64,000 nucleotides of DNA, taken from assembly GCA_937925675.1 (NCBI GenBank), contig CALAME010000086.1, positions 13,852 through 77,851 of the forward strand, written 5' to 3'. The notes below the pieces were generated by a model, which was not told the origin of the DNA, searched no databases, and saw nothing but the letters and a program-made list of their open reading frames with translations. Source of the stretch: an uncultured Paenibacillaceae bacterium. Its GTDB lineage: Bacteria > Bacillota > Bacilli > Paenibacillales > CALAME01. A program made the translations under genes and the position numbers. This document shows, piece by piece, positions 10,176-19,821 of the stretch (position 1 is the stretch's first letter; the number at the start of each line of letters is the position of its first letter).

Positions 10176-10391
10176 ATGACGGATATGAATATAGGGCGTC
10201 ATCCGGAACAGCCACAGCCGGAGATCGAGCTGCCTGTCATCCCCGAAATCGAACAGGAAACCATTCCGGAAATCGGTCATTGGAATGAACAAACCGGCAC
10301 CGATCATCCGGACACAAATGAAAACACAAATGAAGATACCCTTGAAGATGCCAATGAAGCCCCCGACCAAAACGGGCCGCCTAACCCTTGA
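10176..10391 (+). CDS. small acidic proline/glutamate-rich protein (hypothetical)
   Basis: AAGGAGG lies about 10 nt upstream of the ATG at 10176. The product has PEI-type repeats (PEIELPVIPEIEQETIPEI). No family recognised. Confidence 0.3.
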   Translation: MTDMNIGRHPEQPQPEIELPVIPEIEQETIPEIGHWNEQTGTDHPDTNENTNEDTLEDANEAPDQNGPPNP

Positions 10392-11223
10392 CCGATCCGG
10401 CAGCAATTCCTTCCACGATCTGGTTGCTCAAAAAGAAAAATGCGATTAATATCGGCAAAATACTGATCATCAGGGTCGCTCCGATCGCGCCCCAGTCGGT
10501 CGAATATTGACCGACAAAATTTTGAATGCCGACCGTAAGCGTCTTGTATTTGTCGGAACTGATAAACGTGTTGACGAATACGAACTCGTTCCAGTTGTAA
10601 ATCATGTTAATGATTGCCGTTGTGACCATGACCGGTGTCGTCATCGGCAGGATGACCTGCAAAAACATGCGGTTGACCGAACAGCCGTCGATGATCGACG
10701 CCTCCTCCACTTCCCTGGGCAACGTGTAGTAAAAGCCGAGCAAAATCATGATCGTGATCGGCAAATTGAACGCCGTATAGGTCAGAATGATGGAGAGCGG
10801 ATGGTCGATCAGATGTATTTTCGTAAACAGACTGAACAAGGGAATCAGGGTCGAATGAACAGGAATCATCAACCCGACCATAAACATGCCGAGCACCAGC
10901 GATTTCAGACGCCATTGCATCCGCGTGATCGCAAAAGTGACAAAGCTGGCCAGCGCGACGGTAAGCACTACGGAAACGGTTGTGATCCACACGCTGTTTA
11001 TAAAATTGACGTTGATATTGCCTTCTGACCAGACTTTGACATAGTTTTCCCATCTCGGTGTGCTGGGAAGCGCCCATGGTGCGGTAGTGAACACTTCCTG
11101 ATTGTCTTTCAGCGAAAAGATAAGCAGCCAGACCAGAGGGAAAATTTGCAAAAGTGCGACTGCAATAAGCGGGATATAAATCAAACTGTAAAACAGTTTG
11201 CGCCATCGTATGGAAGCTGTCAT
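10381..11223 (-). CDS. carbohydrate ABC transporter permease (MalG/AraQ-like)
   Basis: 280 aa, multi-TM, EAA loop EVEEASIIDGCSVNRMFLQVILPM. Confidence 0.9.
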   Translation of the reverse strand: MTASIRWRKLFYSLIYIPLIAVALLQIFPLVWLLIFSLKDNQEVFTTAPWALPSTPRWENYVKVWSEGNINVNFINSVWITTVSVVLTVALASFVTFAITRMQWRLKSLVLGMFMVGLMIPVHSTLIPLFSLFTKIHLIDHPLSIILTYTAFNLPITIMILLGFYYTLPREVEEASIIDGCSVNRMFLQVILPMTTPVMVTTAIINMIYNWNEFVFVNTFISSDKYKTLTVGIQNFVGQYSTDWGAIGATLMISILPILIAFFFLSNQIVEGIAAGSVKG

Positions 11224-11330
11224 ACCGTCATTCCTCCCTCTGTCTCAGATGATGAGATGAACTGAACGAACCGTTACTGCGAACAAACATGTGTTTCTGT
11301 AACGAACACATACCTGTGGAACGTAAACGG

Positions 11331-12212
11331 TTATGAATACTGCACATGGTCATCGGATGCGGTCAATTTGCGAATCAGCCAGGTAACCACCAGACAGATC
11401 AACAGCAAGAAAAAGCCGATGGCGCTGCTGTAACCGAAATCAAAACTTTTAAAGGCATGTCGATACATATACGAAGCCATCACTTCGCTGGCCCCGTTCG
11501 GTCCGCCTCCGGTCATCACATAGATCAGATCGAAATATTTGAGCGATCCCACGATCGCAAGCACGACCGTCACTTTGATGACACCGGAAATGAGTGGCAA
11601 CTTGATTTTCCAGGCAACTTGCCACGGACCGGCCCCGTCAATGCGGGCTGCTTCCTCCAGCGCAGACGGCACGTTTTTAAGCGCAGCATAATAAATCAGG
11701 ATGTAAAAGCCGGCATATTGCCACAAAATAGCCAAAAACACCGCATACAGGACGATCTTCGGATCAGCCAGCCAGGTCGGCGGTTGTTCAACACCGATGG
11801 CGACAAGAAGCAGATTGAGCACACCGTTGGTTGGATGATATATTTTAAGCCACAATTGCGCGATCGCCACCGAAGATAACAGCATCGGGATCAGGTAGAT
11901 TTTCCGGAACAGATCCGCCCCTTTTATCCGTCCCGCCAGTATGAGTGCAACCAGCAAATATCCGATCAGGCTGAGAGCAGAAAACAGGGCCAGCAAAAAG
12001 GAATGATAGGCGCTTTTCCAGAACATCTCGTCCTTGATCAGCTTTATATAGTTGCCGAGTCCGATAAACTTCATTTCGCCGAGGCCGTGCCACTCCATGA
12101 GACCGTAGTAACCGGTGAGCACGATCGGAATGTAGACGAGAACCGCCAAAAACATGAACCCTGGTAATACATACAGCGCAATGATCCATTTGTTCGACAT
12201 GACTTTGTTCAA
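11331..12212 (-). CDS. carbohydrate ABC transporter permease (MalF/AraP-like)
   Basis: 293 aa, multi-TM, EAA loop LEEAARIDGAGPWQVAWKIKLPL. Confidence 0.9.
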   Translation of the reverse strand: MNKVMSNKWIIALYVLPGFMFLAVLVYIPIVLTGYYGLMEWHGLGEMKFIGLGNYIKLIKDEMFWKSAYHSFLLALFSALSLIGYLLVALILAGRIKGADLFRKIYLIPMLLSSVAIAQLWLKIYHPTNGVLNLLLVAIGVEQPPTWLADPKIVLYAVFLAILWQYAGFYILIYYAALKNVPSALEEAARIDGAGPWQVAWKIKLPLISGVIKVTVVLAIVGSLKYFDLIYVMTGGGPNGASEVMASYMYRHAFKSFDFGYSSAIGFFLLLICLVVTWLIRKLTASDDHVQYS

Positions 12213-12236
12213 GCGATCATCTCCCCTTACCTCGTG

Positions 12237-12321
12237 TCAACCGAATCATTGAGCAAACCGATTCACTGGGCCAAACGAATCATTGGGCCAAACGAACCAT
12301 TGAGCCAACGAATCATCGGGT
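12237..12321. repeat. degenerate 17-nt tandem repeat, 5 copies (consensus about CCAAACGAATCATTGGG)
   Basis: Units start at 12237, 12254, 12271, 12288 and 12305. The array lies in the intercistronic gap between the binding-protein and permease genes. Confidence 0.6.
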
Positions 12322-12366
12322 GAAAAAGGAACAAGGGCACGCGCACAGCCTGATGCCCTTGTTCAA
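12322..12366 (-). terminator. intra-operon stem-loop / partial terminator after the binding-protein gene
   Basis: 11-bp stem GAACAAGGGCA / TGCCCTTGTTC (12330-12340 / 12355-12365), followed on the minus strand by CTTTTTC. Confidence 0.55.
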
Positions 12367-12387
12367 GCTTTTCACTCATAAAAATCT

Positions 12388-13746
12388 TTATTGTTCGCTG
12401 GCGAGCGCCTCTTCGTGCACCTCGGCGAATTCTTCCGGCTCAATCTCCAATCCGAACAAGGATTGAATCATGTTCAGATGGACCTCAGCAACGCCCGGGC
12501 TCATCTGCACATCCGCAAAAAGGGTAATGTTGCTTGCACTGTTCAGTTCATTTAAGAGATCAATAAATTTCTGGGGCAGATCTACGTTGGCGGTGTCTAC
12601 CTTCGTTGCCGGAATGACGCCGGCTTCGGTCACCGCTTGCTCACCCCATTTTTCCACAAAGTAACGGACGAACAATTTGGCTTCTTCTTTGGCCGGAGAA
12701 TTTTCCGCTACAAACAGACCGACTCCGGGGCCGCCCACCCAGCTGTTGATGTCGCCGCTTCCGCCTTCCACGATGGGGAATTTGAAAAAGCCGACGCTGT
12801 CGCGGAATTCCTGCGGAATTTCATCGTTGGTCGTAAAGTTGGGATGCTCCCAGCTTCCCATCAGGTACATTGCCGCCTGACCGTTCAAAAATTCCGCTTT
12901 TGCTTCGTCGTTCGAAAGGCCGTTGAATCCGCGGTTAAAAGCATTTGCACGCACCAGTTCCTGCACTTCCGCTGCTGCACGGACGAGACTTTCATCCGTA
13001 AAGCTGCCGCTGCGGTCAATGGCCCGGTTCAGCGCATCACCGCCGATGCGGTCTGCGAGATACATAAACCAGAGCGATCCGGTCCAGCGGTCACGGTTGC
13101 CGAGAGCGATCGGCGCGATTCCGTTCGCTGCTAACGTATCGACAATGTGACGGAACTCATCGTACGTTTCAGGCACTTCGAGGTTAAACTGCTCAAATAG
13201 CGCCTTGTTGTAATAGACGGGCACGATATTCAGTTCAATCGGAAGCGCATAGGTTTTTCCATCGATCGCATACGCCTCTACCGTTCCGACGACAAACTCG
13301 TCCTTGAAACCGTCCTCAAGCAGATCATCAAGAGGAGCAAACAACTGACCTTTCACATACGGCTCCAGAAATCCTGCCGCCCAGGTCATGCCGATATCCG
13401 GGAGACTGTTGGAGGTCGATACGACTTTCAGCTTGTTTTTGTACTGTTCATTTTCCAGAATGTCCTGTTCGATCGTAATGTGCGGATATTCGTTCTGAAA
13501 CTGTTCGATGATGCTGTTGACAATCATGTTTTGTTGACGTGCACTGCCTGCTGGCCACAGATGCATAAATTGCAGGGTTACTTCTTTGGGCTCGGATCCA
13601 CCCCCTGCAGTTTCTCCATCTGTAGATCCCCCGTTTGCTGTTCCTCCACCTGAATCTCCTCCCGTTTCCGTCCCTCCGCCGCAACCGGCCAAGGCCAAAG
13701 AAAATGCGAGGAGCATAGCGAGAGAGAACCAGATCACCTTTCGCAT
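12388..13746 (-). CDS. extracellular solute-binding lipoprotein of a sugar ABC transporter
   Basis: Signal peptide plus lipobox LALAGC, G/S/T-rich linker, 452 aa. GAAGGGG lies 7 nt upstream of the ATG. Confidence 0.9.
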   Translation of the reverse strand: MRKVIWFSLAMLLAFSLALAGCGGGTETGGDSGGGTANGGSTDGETAGGGSEPKEVTLQFMHLWPAGSARQQNMIVNSIIEQFQNEYPHITIEQDILENEQYKNKLKVVSTSNSLPDIGMTWAAGFLEPYVKGQLFAPLDDLLEDGFKDEFVVGTVEAYAIDGKTYALPIELNIVPVYYNKALFEQFNLEVPETYDEFRHIVDTLAANGIAPIALGNRDRWTGSLWFMYLADRIGGDALNRAIDRSGSFTDESLVRAAAEVQELVRANAFNRGFNGLSNDEAKAEFLNGQAAMYLMGSWEHPNFTTNDEIPQEFRDSVGFFKFPIVEGGSGDINSWVGGPGVGLFVAENSPAKEEAKLFVRYFVEKWGEQAVTEAGVIPATKVDTANVDLPQKFIDLLNELNSASNITLFADVQMSPGVAEVHLNMIQSLFGLEIEPEEFAEVHEEALASEQ

Positions 13747-13890
13747 GGACTCAACCCCTTCTAATGCTTTATTTTTCGCCAGGGTTCATTGTAGCATCGG
13801 GATGAAAACGCTATAAGGGCACACCGTTTGGATAAAAGTGCAATTTTTTTAGGTTTTTATAGGTACAGGATTTCTAAGGCAAAAGTGATC

Positions 13891-14694
13891 TTAAGAAATT
13901 TTGCCGCTGTTTTTTTGTTTCCGGTATTGTCCGGGAGTGACGCCCTCGAGTTCGCGAAACAGGCGGACAAAATATTTAGGCGTGCGGTATCCGCATTGTT
14001 CAGCGATTTCCATGATGGACAGATCGGTTTTTTCCAGCAGCTCCTTGGCATGCCGGATACGTGCCCGCGTCACAAACTCGCTGAAATTGATCCCGGTCTC
14101 CTCTTTGAAAAGAAAGCTGAAATAGCTGGCGTTCAAATGAACATGGCCAGCGACTTCTCGCAAACTGAGCTTCCCTTTCAGATTGCGCCCTATGTAGCGT
14201 ACCGCTTCTTTGATCGGGGTTTTAAGCATGCGTTTGTTACCGGATCCGGACGTTTCGAGCTTCGACTCTTGCGGAGGGGCGGGGGGACGGAACCGGTTTT
14301 CCTGCATGGCGAGCGCCTGCTCGACCGCCTCGATCATTTTCTGTTTGTGCACCGGCTTGACCAGATAGTTGACAACACCGAGACGGATTGCCTCCTGCGC
14401 ATAGTCAAATTCCGAATAACCGGACAAAATGATCGCCGTCACACACTGACCCCGTTCCCGCACTTCCTTCAGCAAGGCCAGCCCGTCCATCTCCGGCATG
14501 CGGATATCGGTTACGATCAGATCCACCTGTTCACGGTCGATCAGCTCAAGTGCCCCTCCTGCGCTGTCGGTGGCCAAAATGCGATAGCGGCCGTTTGCCC
14601 ATGATTCCAGCGTTTTTTTGAGACCGTTTCTCGTGCGCGGTTCGTCCTCCACGATCAAAATCGTTTTTCGCCCTTCACTGTTTTGCTCCATCAT
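13891..14694 (-). CDS. response regulator with AraC-type HTH output (YesN-like)
   Basis: REC domain ILIVEDE...DIRMPEMDG. The C-terminal AraC HTH carries the ending GVTPGQYRK. The start at MMEQ (14694) has GGGGGGAG upstream and overlaps the kinase gene end. Confidence 0.85.
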   Translation of the reverse strand: MMEQNSEGRKTILIVEDEPRTRNGLKKTLESWANGRYRILATDSAGGALELIDREQVDLIVTDIRMPEMDGLALLKEVRERGQCVTAIILSGYSEFDYAQEAIRLGVVNYLVKPVHKQKMIEAVEQALAMQENRFRPPAPPQESKLETSGSGNKRMLKTPIKEAVRYIGRNLKGKLSLREVAGHVHLNASYFSFLFKEETGINFSEFVTRARIRHAKELLEKTDLSIMEIAEQCGYRTPKYFVRLFRELEGVTPGQYRKQKNSGKIS

Positions 14695-16594
14695 CAACCG
14701 TTCTCCCCCCGTTGCTCCGGTATTTTTGATCCGGTATTTCAAACATAACGCGCGTTCCTTTCCCTTTTTGGCTATCGATCAAAAGTTCGCCGACATCGTC
14801 CTTTTCATAATAGAGACGGAGTCTTTTTTTCAGATTGGCGATTGCCATCCCGCGCTTCCCCTTTTCGCCATAGCCACCGCTTGAAGATTCCGTGGCAACA
14901 GCATGCGTCGCACCGGGCACCGTCGCACCGGATTCCTTAGCACCGGACTCCGTCGTGCTGGCCACTTCATCGAGAACGTCGCGCAGCGTCTTTTCATCCA
15001 TGCCGGGGCCGTCGTCGCTTACTTCGATGCGCCAATTTCCGCTCCCCGATGCGCGGCGCACGGATACCGAAACCGTTCCCTCTCCGTTGCGGTTGCCTAC
15101 TCCGTGCAAAACGGCATTTTCTACAAGCGGCTGGATCAACAGCTTCGGGATGCGAACCTCATGGCAAAGCGGATCGGTATCAATCCGCCAATGCAACCGT
15201 TCTCCGAAACGGAATTTCATAATCTGCATGTATCTTTCCGTATGTTCCAGCTCCTCACCGATCGTCACCCATTCATCCGCACCGGGACGGCTGATGGTAT
15301 AGCGGAACAGATCGGACATCGCCAGCACGTAATCTGCCAGTTCCTCCTCTTCTTTATCCTGCAACGACCAATAGAGAGCATCGAGCGTGTTGTACAAAAA
15401 GTGCGGGTTAATTTGGGCCTGCAGTGCGTTCAGTTCAGCACGGCTGCGCAAAATTTCCTTTTTATACACCGCCCCGGTCAACTCGTTGATGTTCGCCACC
15501 ATCTGGTTATAGGTGTTGGTCAGCTCCTGGATCTCTACAATTGAAGATTTGTCGGGATTGGGCTTCAGCTCACCGAAGCGGGAGCTGCGCATCGTGCGAA
15601 TCATATTTAAAATCGGGCGTGTGATCATCGTCGATAACAAATAGGAAATGATGAAAAACAGACCGAATCCGACCGCCCCGGATACAAAAATGGCCGTGCG
15701 CAAAAGATGGATGCCTTCCGTCAGCCGCGCCACAGGTGTAAGAATAAAAAGCGTCCAGCCGGTCACTGGCGATTGATGCTGGGTAATGATGTAAGCTGTG
15801 CCGGCGAGCGTCACTTTGTCAAGCCGCTGTTCAGCACCGGCGGGATCGCCGTGAGATCGCTCGCGAGCCCCATCCTGCCTTAGCCGCTCCATTAACAGCG
15901 GCATGGCCTCCGCGGTAAAGGAGGCATCCCTTCCGTCGTGAACGACAGCTCGTCCGTGGCGGTCGATCCAAATCCGGTATTCGTGTTCACCGTTTCCTTC
16001 AATTTGAAAGGCGTTGCGATCGATCCTCGCCAGCAGGTAGCCCCCGCTTGAAAACCAGCGATCCATCAGACTGACTCTGCGGATCACGAGAAAAGAGTCG
16101 GGGTGCTTCTCGTCTTCACCTACCCAAACCAGCCTTCCCTTTTGCCTTTCTGCTTCGGCAACCCATGACAGGTCGATGCGGCCGGACAGACCGCTTTCAT
16201 CCAGCGGATACAGCTTGCGGAACGAAGACGTATACAGTTCAAACGCCTGGATTCCATTGGAGTAAACCTGGAAATGGTTCATGATCGGCATCAGCCATTG
16301 CCGCTCCGCAAAGCTGGCCGGCGAACCTTCCAGCTCGTCCAGCAATAGCTGCTGCACATAGGCATCGGTCGCAACCTGTGTCGTCAACATGTCGATATGT
16401 TCATACAGGCTATCCATGCGCCCGCTTGCTTCAACAGCCGTTTCCTGAATCTGCCGTTCCGCGTTATGCATCAACATTTTTGAAACCCGATCATAGGTCA
16501 ACAGACCGACAATCGATAGCACGACGATCATAACAAAAAGAAACAGCACCAAAATTTGATTGCGCAGCGTACGCCATCTTGCCCGTTTGGCCAA
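14675..16594 (-). CDS. sensor histidine kinase (YesM-like: 2 TM, HAMP, His_kinase, HATPase)
   Basis: H-box LQAQINPHFLYNTLD, N-box QPLVENAVLHG, G-box DDGPGMD. 639 aa. Confidence 0.9.
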   Translation of the reverse strand: MAKRARWRTLRNQILVLFLFVMIVVLSIVGLLTYDRVSKMLMHNAERQIQETAVEASGRMDSLYEHIDMLTTQVATDAYVQQLLLDELEGSPASFAERQWLMPIMNHFQVYSNGIQAFELYTSSFRKLYPLDESGLSGRIDLSWVAEAERQKGRLVWVGEDEKHPDSFLVIRRVSLMDRWFSSGGYLLARIDRNAFQIEGNGEHEYRIWIDRHGRAVVHDGRDASFTAEAMPLLMERLRQDGARERSHGDPAGAEQRLDKVTLAGTAYIITQHQSPVTGWTLFILTPVARLTEGIHLLRTAIFVSGAVGFGLFFIISYLLSTMITRPILNMIRTMRSSRFGELKPNPDKSSIVEIQELTNTYNQMVANINELTGAVYKKEILRSRAELNALQAQINPHFLYNTLDALYWSLQDKEEEELADYVLAMSDLFRYTISRPGADEWVTIGEELEHTERYMQIMKFRFGERLHWRIDTDPLCHEVRIPKLLIQPLVENAVLHGVGNRNGEGTVSVSVRRASGSGNWRIEVSDDGPGMDEKTLRDVLDEVASTTESGAKESGATVPGATHAVATESSSGGYGEKGKRGMAIANLKKRLRLYYEKDDVGELLIDSQKGKGTRVMFEIPDQKYRSNGGRTVDDGAKQ

Positions 16595-17064
16595 TCCGAT
16601 CCCCTCGCTCGATAAAAAGGATGTGAATGATTTAATCCGGCCGCTTCCAAACCGCGACCGGATTATGAAACTTCATCTTGATACCACTCCGCTTGCACTA
16701 TAGATTCCTTCAAATTTCAAACTTGTTTCCGCTCCTTATCGTTCATCATCCCACTTTTTGTCAGAGCCGCTTGATGTCAGAGCAGCCTTTTAGAACAGAT
16801 GGGAATTAAATAGAAAGGGCTTTCAAGAGCGAGTTGCCGACGCTCTTTCTGTGCGGGATGATGACATCGTTCAACGGTGAAGCGCAACTGTGAAGCGTTC
16901 ATCGTTTGGACGCTAAACTGTAATTATAATCTCCGATATTTTTCCTGTCAATCCTTATTTTTCCGAGACTTCGCCGGACAGTTTTTGCATACCGGGTCAC
17001 ACCGCAGCCATCCTGTGTTAAAATGAGAAGTACATCCAATATACAAGGGAGGGTACCCCACCCT

Positions 17065-17958
17065 ATGAACATAGGGGCCATCGAAGCTGGTGGAACCAAA
17101 TTTGTCATCGGCATCGGAGACGTGCACGGAAAAATTCACGAGCACATCCAGATCCCGACGGGACAGCCGGAACAGACGCTGGAACGGGTCATTGCATATT
17201 TTCGGGACAAGCGTGTCGATGCGATCGGAATCGGATCGTTTGGACCGATCAACCTCGACCGTTCAAGTCCTGAATATGGCCATATCACGACGACGCCGAA
17301 ACCGGGGTGGTCCGGCTTCGACTTGCTCGGGACGTTGAAACAGGAGTTTGACGTGCCGTTCGGCTGGGATACCGATGTGAACGCGGCCGCATACGGCGAA
17401 GTGATGTGGGGAGCAGCCAAAGGGCTGGACAGCTGTGTCTATTACACCGTCGGCACCGGTGTTGGCGTTGGCGTCTGGGCGGAAAACCGGCTCATCCACG
17501 GGCTCACCCATCCCGAAGGTGGACACGCGTTCATTCGTCGGCATGAGCAGGATGAATTTGCCGGAATTTGCCCGTATCACGGAGACTGTCTGGAGGGAAT
17601 GGCCAGCGGACCCGCCATTGAAAAAAGGTGGGGCAAAAAAGGGCATGAACTTCCGCCCGATCATCCTGCCTGGCCATTGCAGGCATACTATCTCGGACAA
17701 GCGATCGCCACCGTCGTGCTGCTGTTGTCTCCGAAGAAAATTATTTTGGGAGGAGGGGTGATGAAACAGAAGCAGCTGTTTCCTCTTATTCGCAACGAAG
17801 TGCGCCGCCACTTGAACGGCTATGTAAAGGCCGATGCGCTGGAAGAGGGAATCGACGATTACATCGTCCCGCCTGCGCTCGGAGACCATGCCGGACTGTT
17901 TGGGGCATTGGCGCTCGGAATCGACGCCTGCCGCAGGGCAAAAGATTCAAACGTTTAA
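17065..17958 (+). CDS. ROK-family fructokinase
   Basis: MNIGAIEAGGTKFV N-terminus, a DTDVNAAAYGE motif, and the Cys/His zinc motif CPYHGDC. The internal ATG at 17065 is preferred (GGGAGGG upstream). Confidence 0.85.
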   Translation: MNIGAIEAGGTKFVIGIGDVHGKIHEHIQIPTGQPEQTLERVIAYFRDKRVDAIGIGSFGPINLDRSSPEYGHITTTPKPGWSGFDLLGTLKQEFDVPFGWDTDVNAAAYGEVMWGAAKGLDSCVYYTVGTGVGVGVWAENRLIHGLTHPEGGHAFIRRHEQDEFAGICPYHGDCLEGMASGPAIEKRWGKKGHELPPDHPAWPLQAYYLGQAIATVVLLLSPKKIILGGGVMKQKQLFPLIRNEVRRHLNGYVKADALEEGIDDYIVPPALGDHAGLFGALALGIDACRRAKDSNV

Positions 17959-18129
17959 AGTCCATTGACAACGGGTTAAACGGTTACTAATTTATGCCTT
18001 TGATTATATTCATCAAATCGATTAATATATTGTTCTAGCACTTGAAAAAGGCATTCCAGCCAGCCCTCATCTACGTTTGCATAGGATTCCTATTTTGCAG
18101 ATATCAAGAAAAGGGAGGCAATACATCTG

Positions 18130-19743
18130 ATGGCTACGATTCAAAATCCGATTCTGAAAGGTTTCAATCCGGACCCGTCCATCATACGCGTTGGCGATGA
18201 CTATTATATCGCCACTTCAACGTTCGAATGGTTTCCAGGAGTGCAGATTCACCATTCCAAAGATTTGCGGAATTGGCGGCTGTTGACGCATGTCCTTACC
18301 CGCAAAAGTCAGCTGGACATGTTGGGCAATCCGGATTCAGGCGGCATTTGGGCACCTTGCCTCAGCTACAGCAATGGAACGTTTTATCTCGTGTTTACTG
18401 ATGTCAAAACCCATATCGGACCGTTCAAGGATACGCCCAACTACCTCGTGACCGCCAAAGACATTCGTGGCCCCTGGTCGGAACCGATCTATCTGAACAG
18501 CAGCGGTTTTGACCCTTCGCTGTTCCACGATGATGACGGAAGAAAATGGCTGGTCAACATGGTTTGGGACCATCGCAAAGGAAAAAACCCGTTCGGCGGT
18601 ATTCTGCTGCAGGAATACGATGAAAAACAGAAAAAGCTCGTCGGACCGATCTATAACATTTTCCGGGGCACGGAGCTCGGCCTGACCGAAGCACCACATA
18701 TTTACAAAAGAAACGGTTATTATTACCTCATGGTTGCCGAAGGCGGCACACGCTGGGAACACGCGGTTACGCTTGCCCGCTCCAAATCGTTGTTCGGACC
18801 TTACGAAGTCGACCCGGAAAACCCGATGCTGACTGCGAAAGACAAACCGCATTTGCCGTTGCAAAAATCGGGACACGCCAGCATCGTCGAGACGCAAAAC
18901 GGAGATTGGTATATGGTTTATCTGTGCGGTCGCCCGCTTCCAAAGTCCGGCAAGTGCAACCTCGGCAGGGAAACCGCGATTCAAAAAGTGGAATGGACCG
19001 AAGACGGCTGGCTGCGCGTCGTTGGAGGCGGCAACGATCCGTCACTGACTACGCCCGCACCGGACTTGCCTGAGCATCCGTTTCCGGAAGAAAACAAAAA
19101 AGAACATTTTGACCATTTCGATAGCAATGAGCTGAACATTCACTTCAACACGTTGCGCGAACCGGCGGACGAATCGTGGCTGTCGCTGACGGAGCGTCCG
19201 GGCTGGCTCCGATTGAGAGGGCGTCATTCGTTCAGTTCTACCCATGGACAGAGCATGGTAGCACGCCGCCAGCAGTCATTTGTTATCGAAGCCGAGACCG
19301 TGTTGGAATTTGAACCGGACACGTTCCAGCAAATGGCCGGTCTGGTCTACTATTACAACACGCGCAACTATTATTACCTGCGTGTATCCCATGACGAAGA
19401 GCTGGGCAAATGCATCGGCATCATGACGTGCGACCGGGGCGAGTACGATGAACCGTTGGAGCGCGATATCAGCATCGAAGGTTGGGAGCGTGTTTACCTG
19501 AAACTGGAAGTCAACTACGATGATGTACAGTTTTACTATTCCCGCGACGGCAAAGAGTGGAACGCCATCGGTCCCGTACTGGACGCCGGCGTGATCTCTG
19601 ACGATAATGCGCTGGAGAGCCGCGAAGGAATTCTGATCGACCAAGGATTTACCGGAGCCTTCATCGGCTTGTGTGCGCAAGATATGAGCGGACGTTTTCT
19701 CCACGCTGACTTCGATTATTTTGCCTACCGGGAAAAAGAATAA
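18130..19743 (+). CDS. xynB: GH43 beta-xylosidase (B. subtilis XynB-like)
   Basis: NPILKGFNPDPSIIRVGDDYYIATSTFEWFPGVQIHHSKDL closely parallels the XynB N-terminus. 537 aa. AAGGGAGG upstream. Confidence 0.9.
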   Translation: MATIQNPILKGFNPDPSIIRVGDDYYIATSTFEWFPGVQIHHSKDLRNWRLLTHVLTRKSQLDMLGNPDSGGIWAPCLSYSNGTFYLVFTDVKTHIGPFKDTPNYLVTAKDIRGPWSEPIYLNSSGFDPSLFHDDDGRKWLVNMVWDHRKGKNPFGGILLQEYDEKQKKLVGPIYNIFRGTELGLTEAPHIYKRNGYYYLMVAEGGTRWEHAVTLARSKSLFGPYEVDPENPMLTAKDKPHLPLQKSGHASIVETQNGDWYMVYLCGRPLPKSGKCNLGRETAIQKVEWTEDGWLRVVGGGNDPSLTTPAPDLPEHPFPEENKKEHFDHFDSNELNIHFNTLREPADESWLSLTERPGWLRLRGRHSFSSTHGQSMVARRQQSFVIEAETVLEFEPDTFQQMAGLVYYYNTRNYYYLRVSHDEELGKCIGIMTCDRGEYDEPLERDISIEGWERVYLKLEVNYDDVQFYYSRDGKEWNAIGPVLDAGVISDDNALESREGILIDQGFTGAFIGLCAQDMSGRFLHADFDYFAYREKE

Positions 19744-19791
19744 ATTGGGTCCGGGATCAAACAAGCGAAAAACAAAAATAGAACGGACGAA

Positions 19792-19821
19792 AAACGGGCT
19801 GTTGTCTAAAACAGCCCGTTT
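19792..19821. terminator. bidirectional rho-independent terminator between convergent genes
   Basis: 12-bp stem AAACGGGCTGTT / AACAGCCCGTTT with a 6-nt loop. There is a strong T-run on the minus strand (TTTTTCGTCCGTTCTATTTTTGTTTTT). The stop codon of the minus-strand ATPase gene sits in the loop. Confidence 0.6.

Noticed and set aside
12237-12321. Possibility that the tandem repeats here or at 36252-36316 are CRISPR arrays
   Set aside because: The units are contiguous with no spacers, are only 17-18 nt long and degenerate, and there are no cas genes in the window.
16595-17064. 470-nt divergent intergenic region with several short hairpins (for example 16634-16664) as a possible sRNA or riboswitch
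   Set aside because: The hairpins are short or imperfect and lack T-tracts. No conserved riboswitch core was recognised, so this is most simply two divergent promoter regions.
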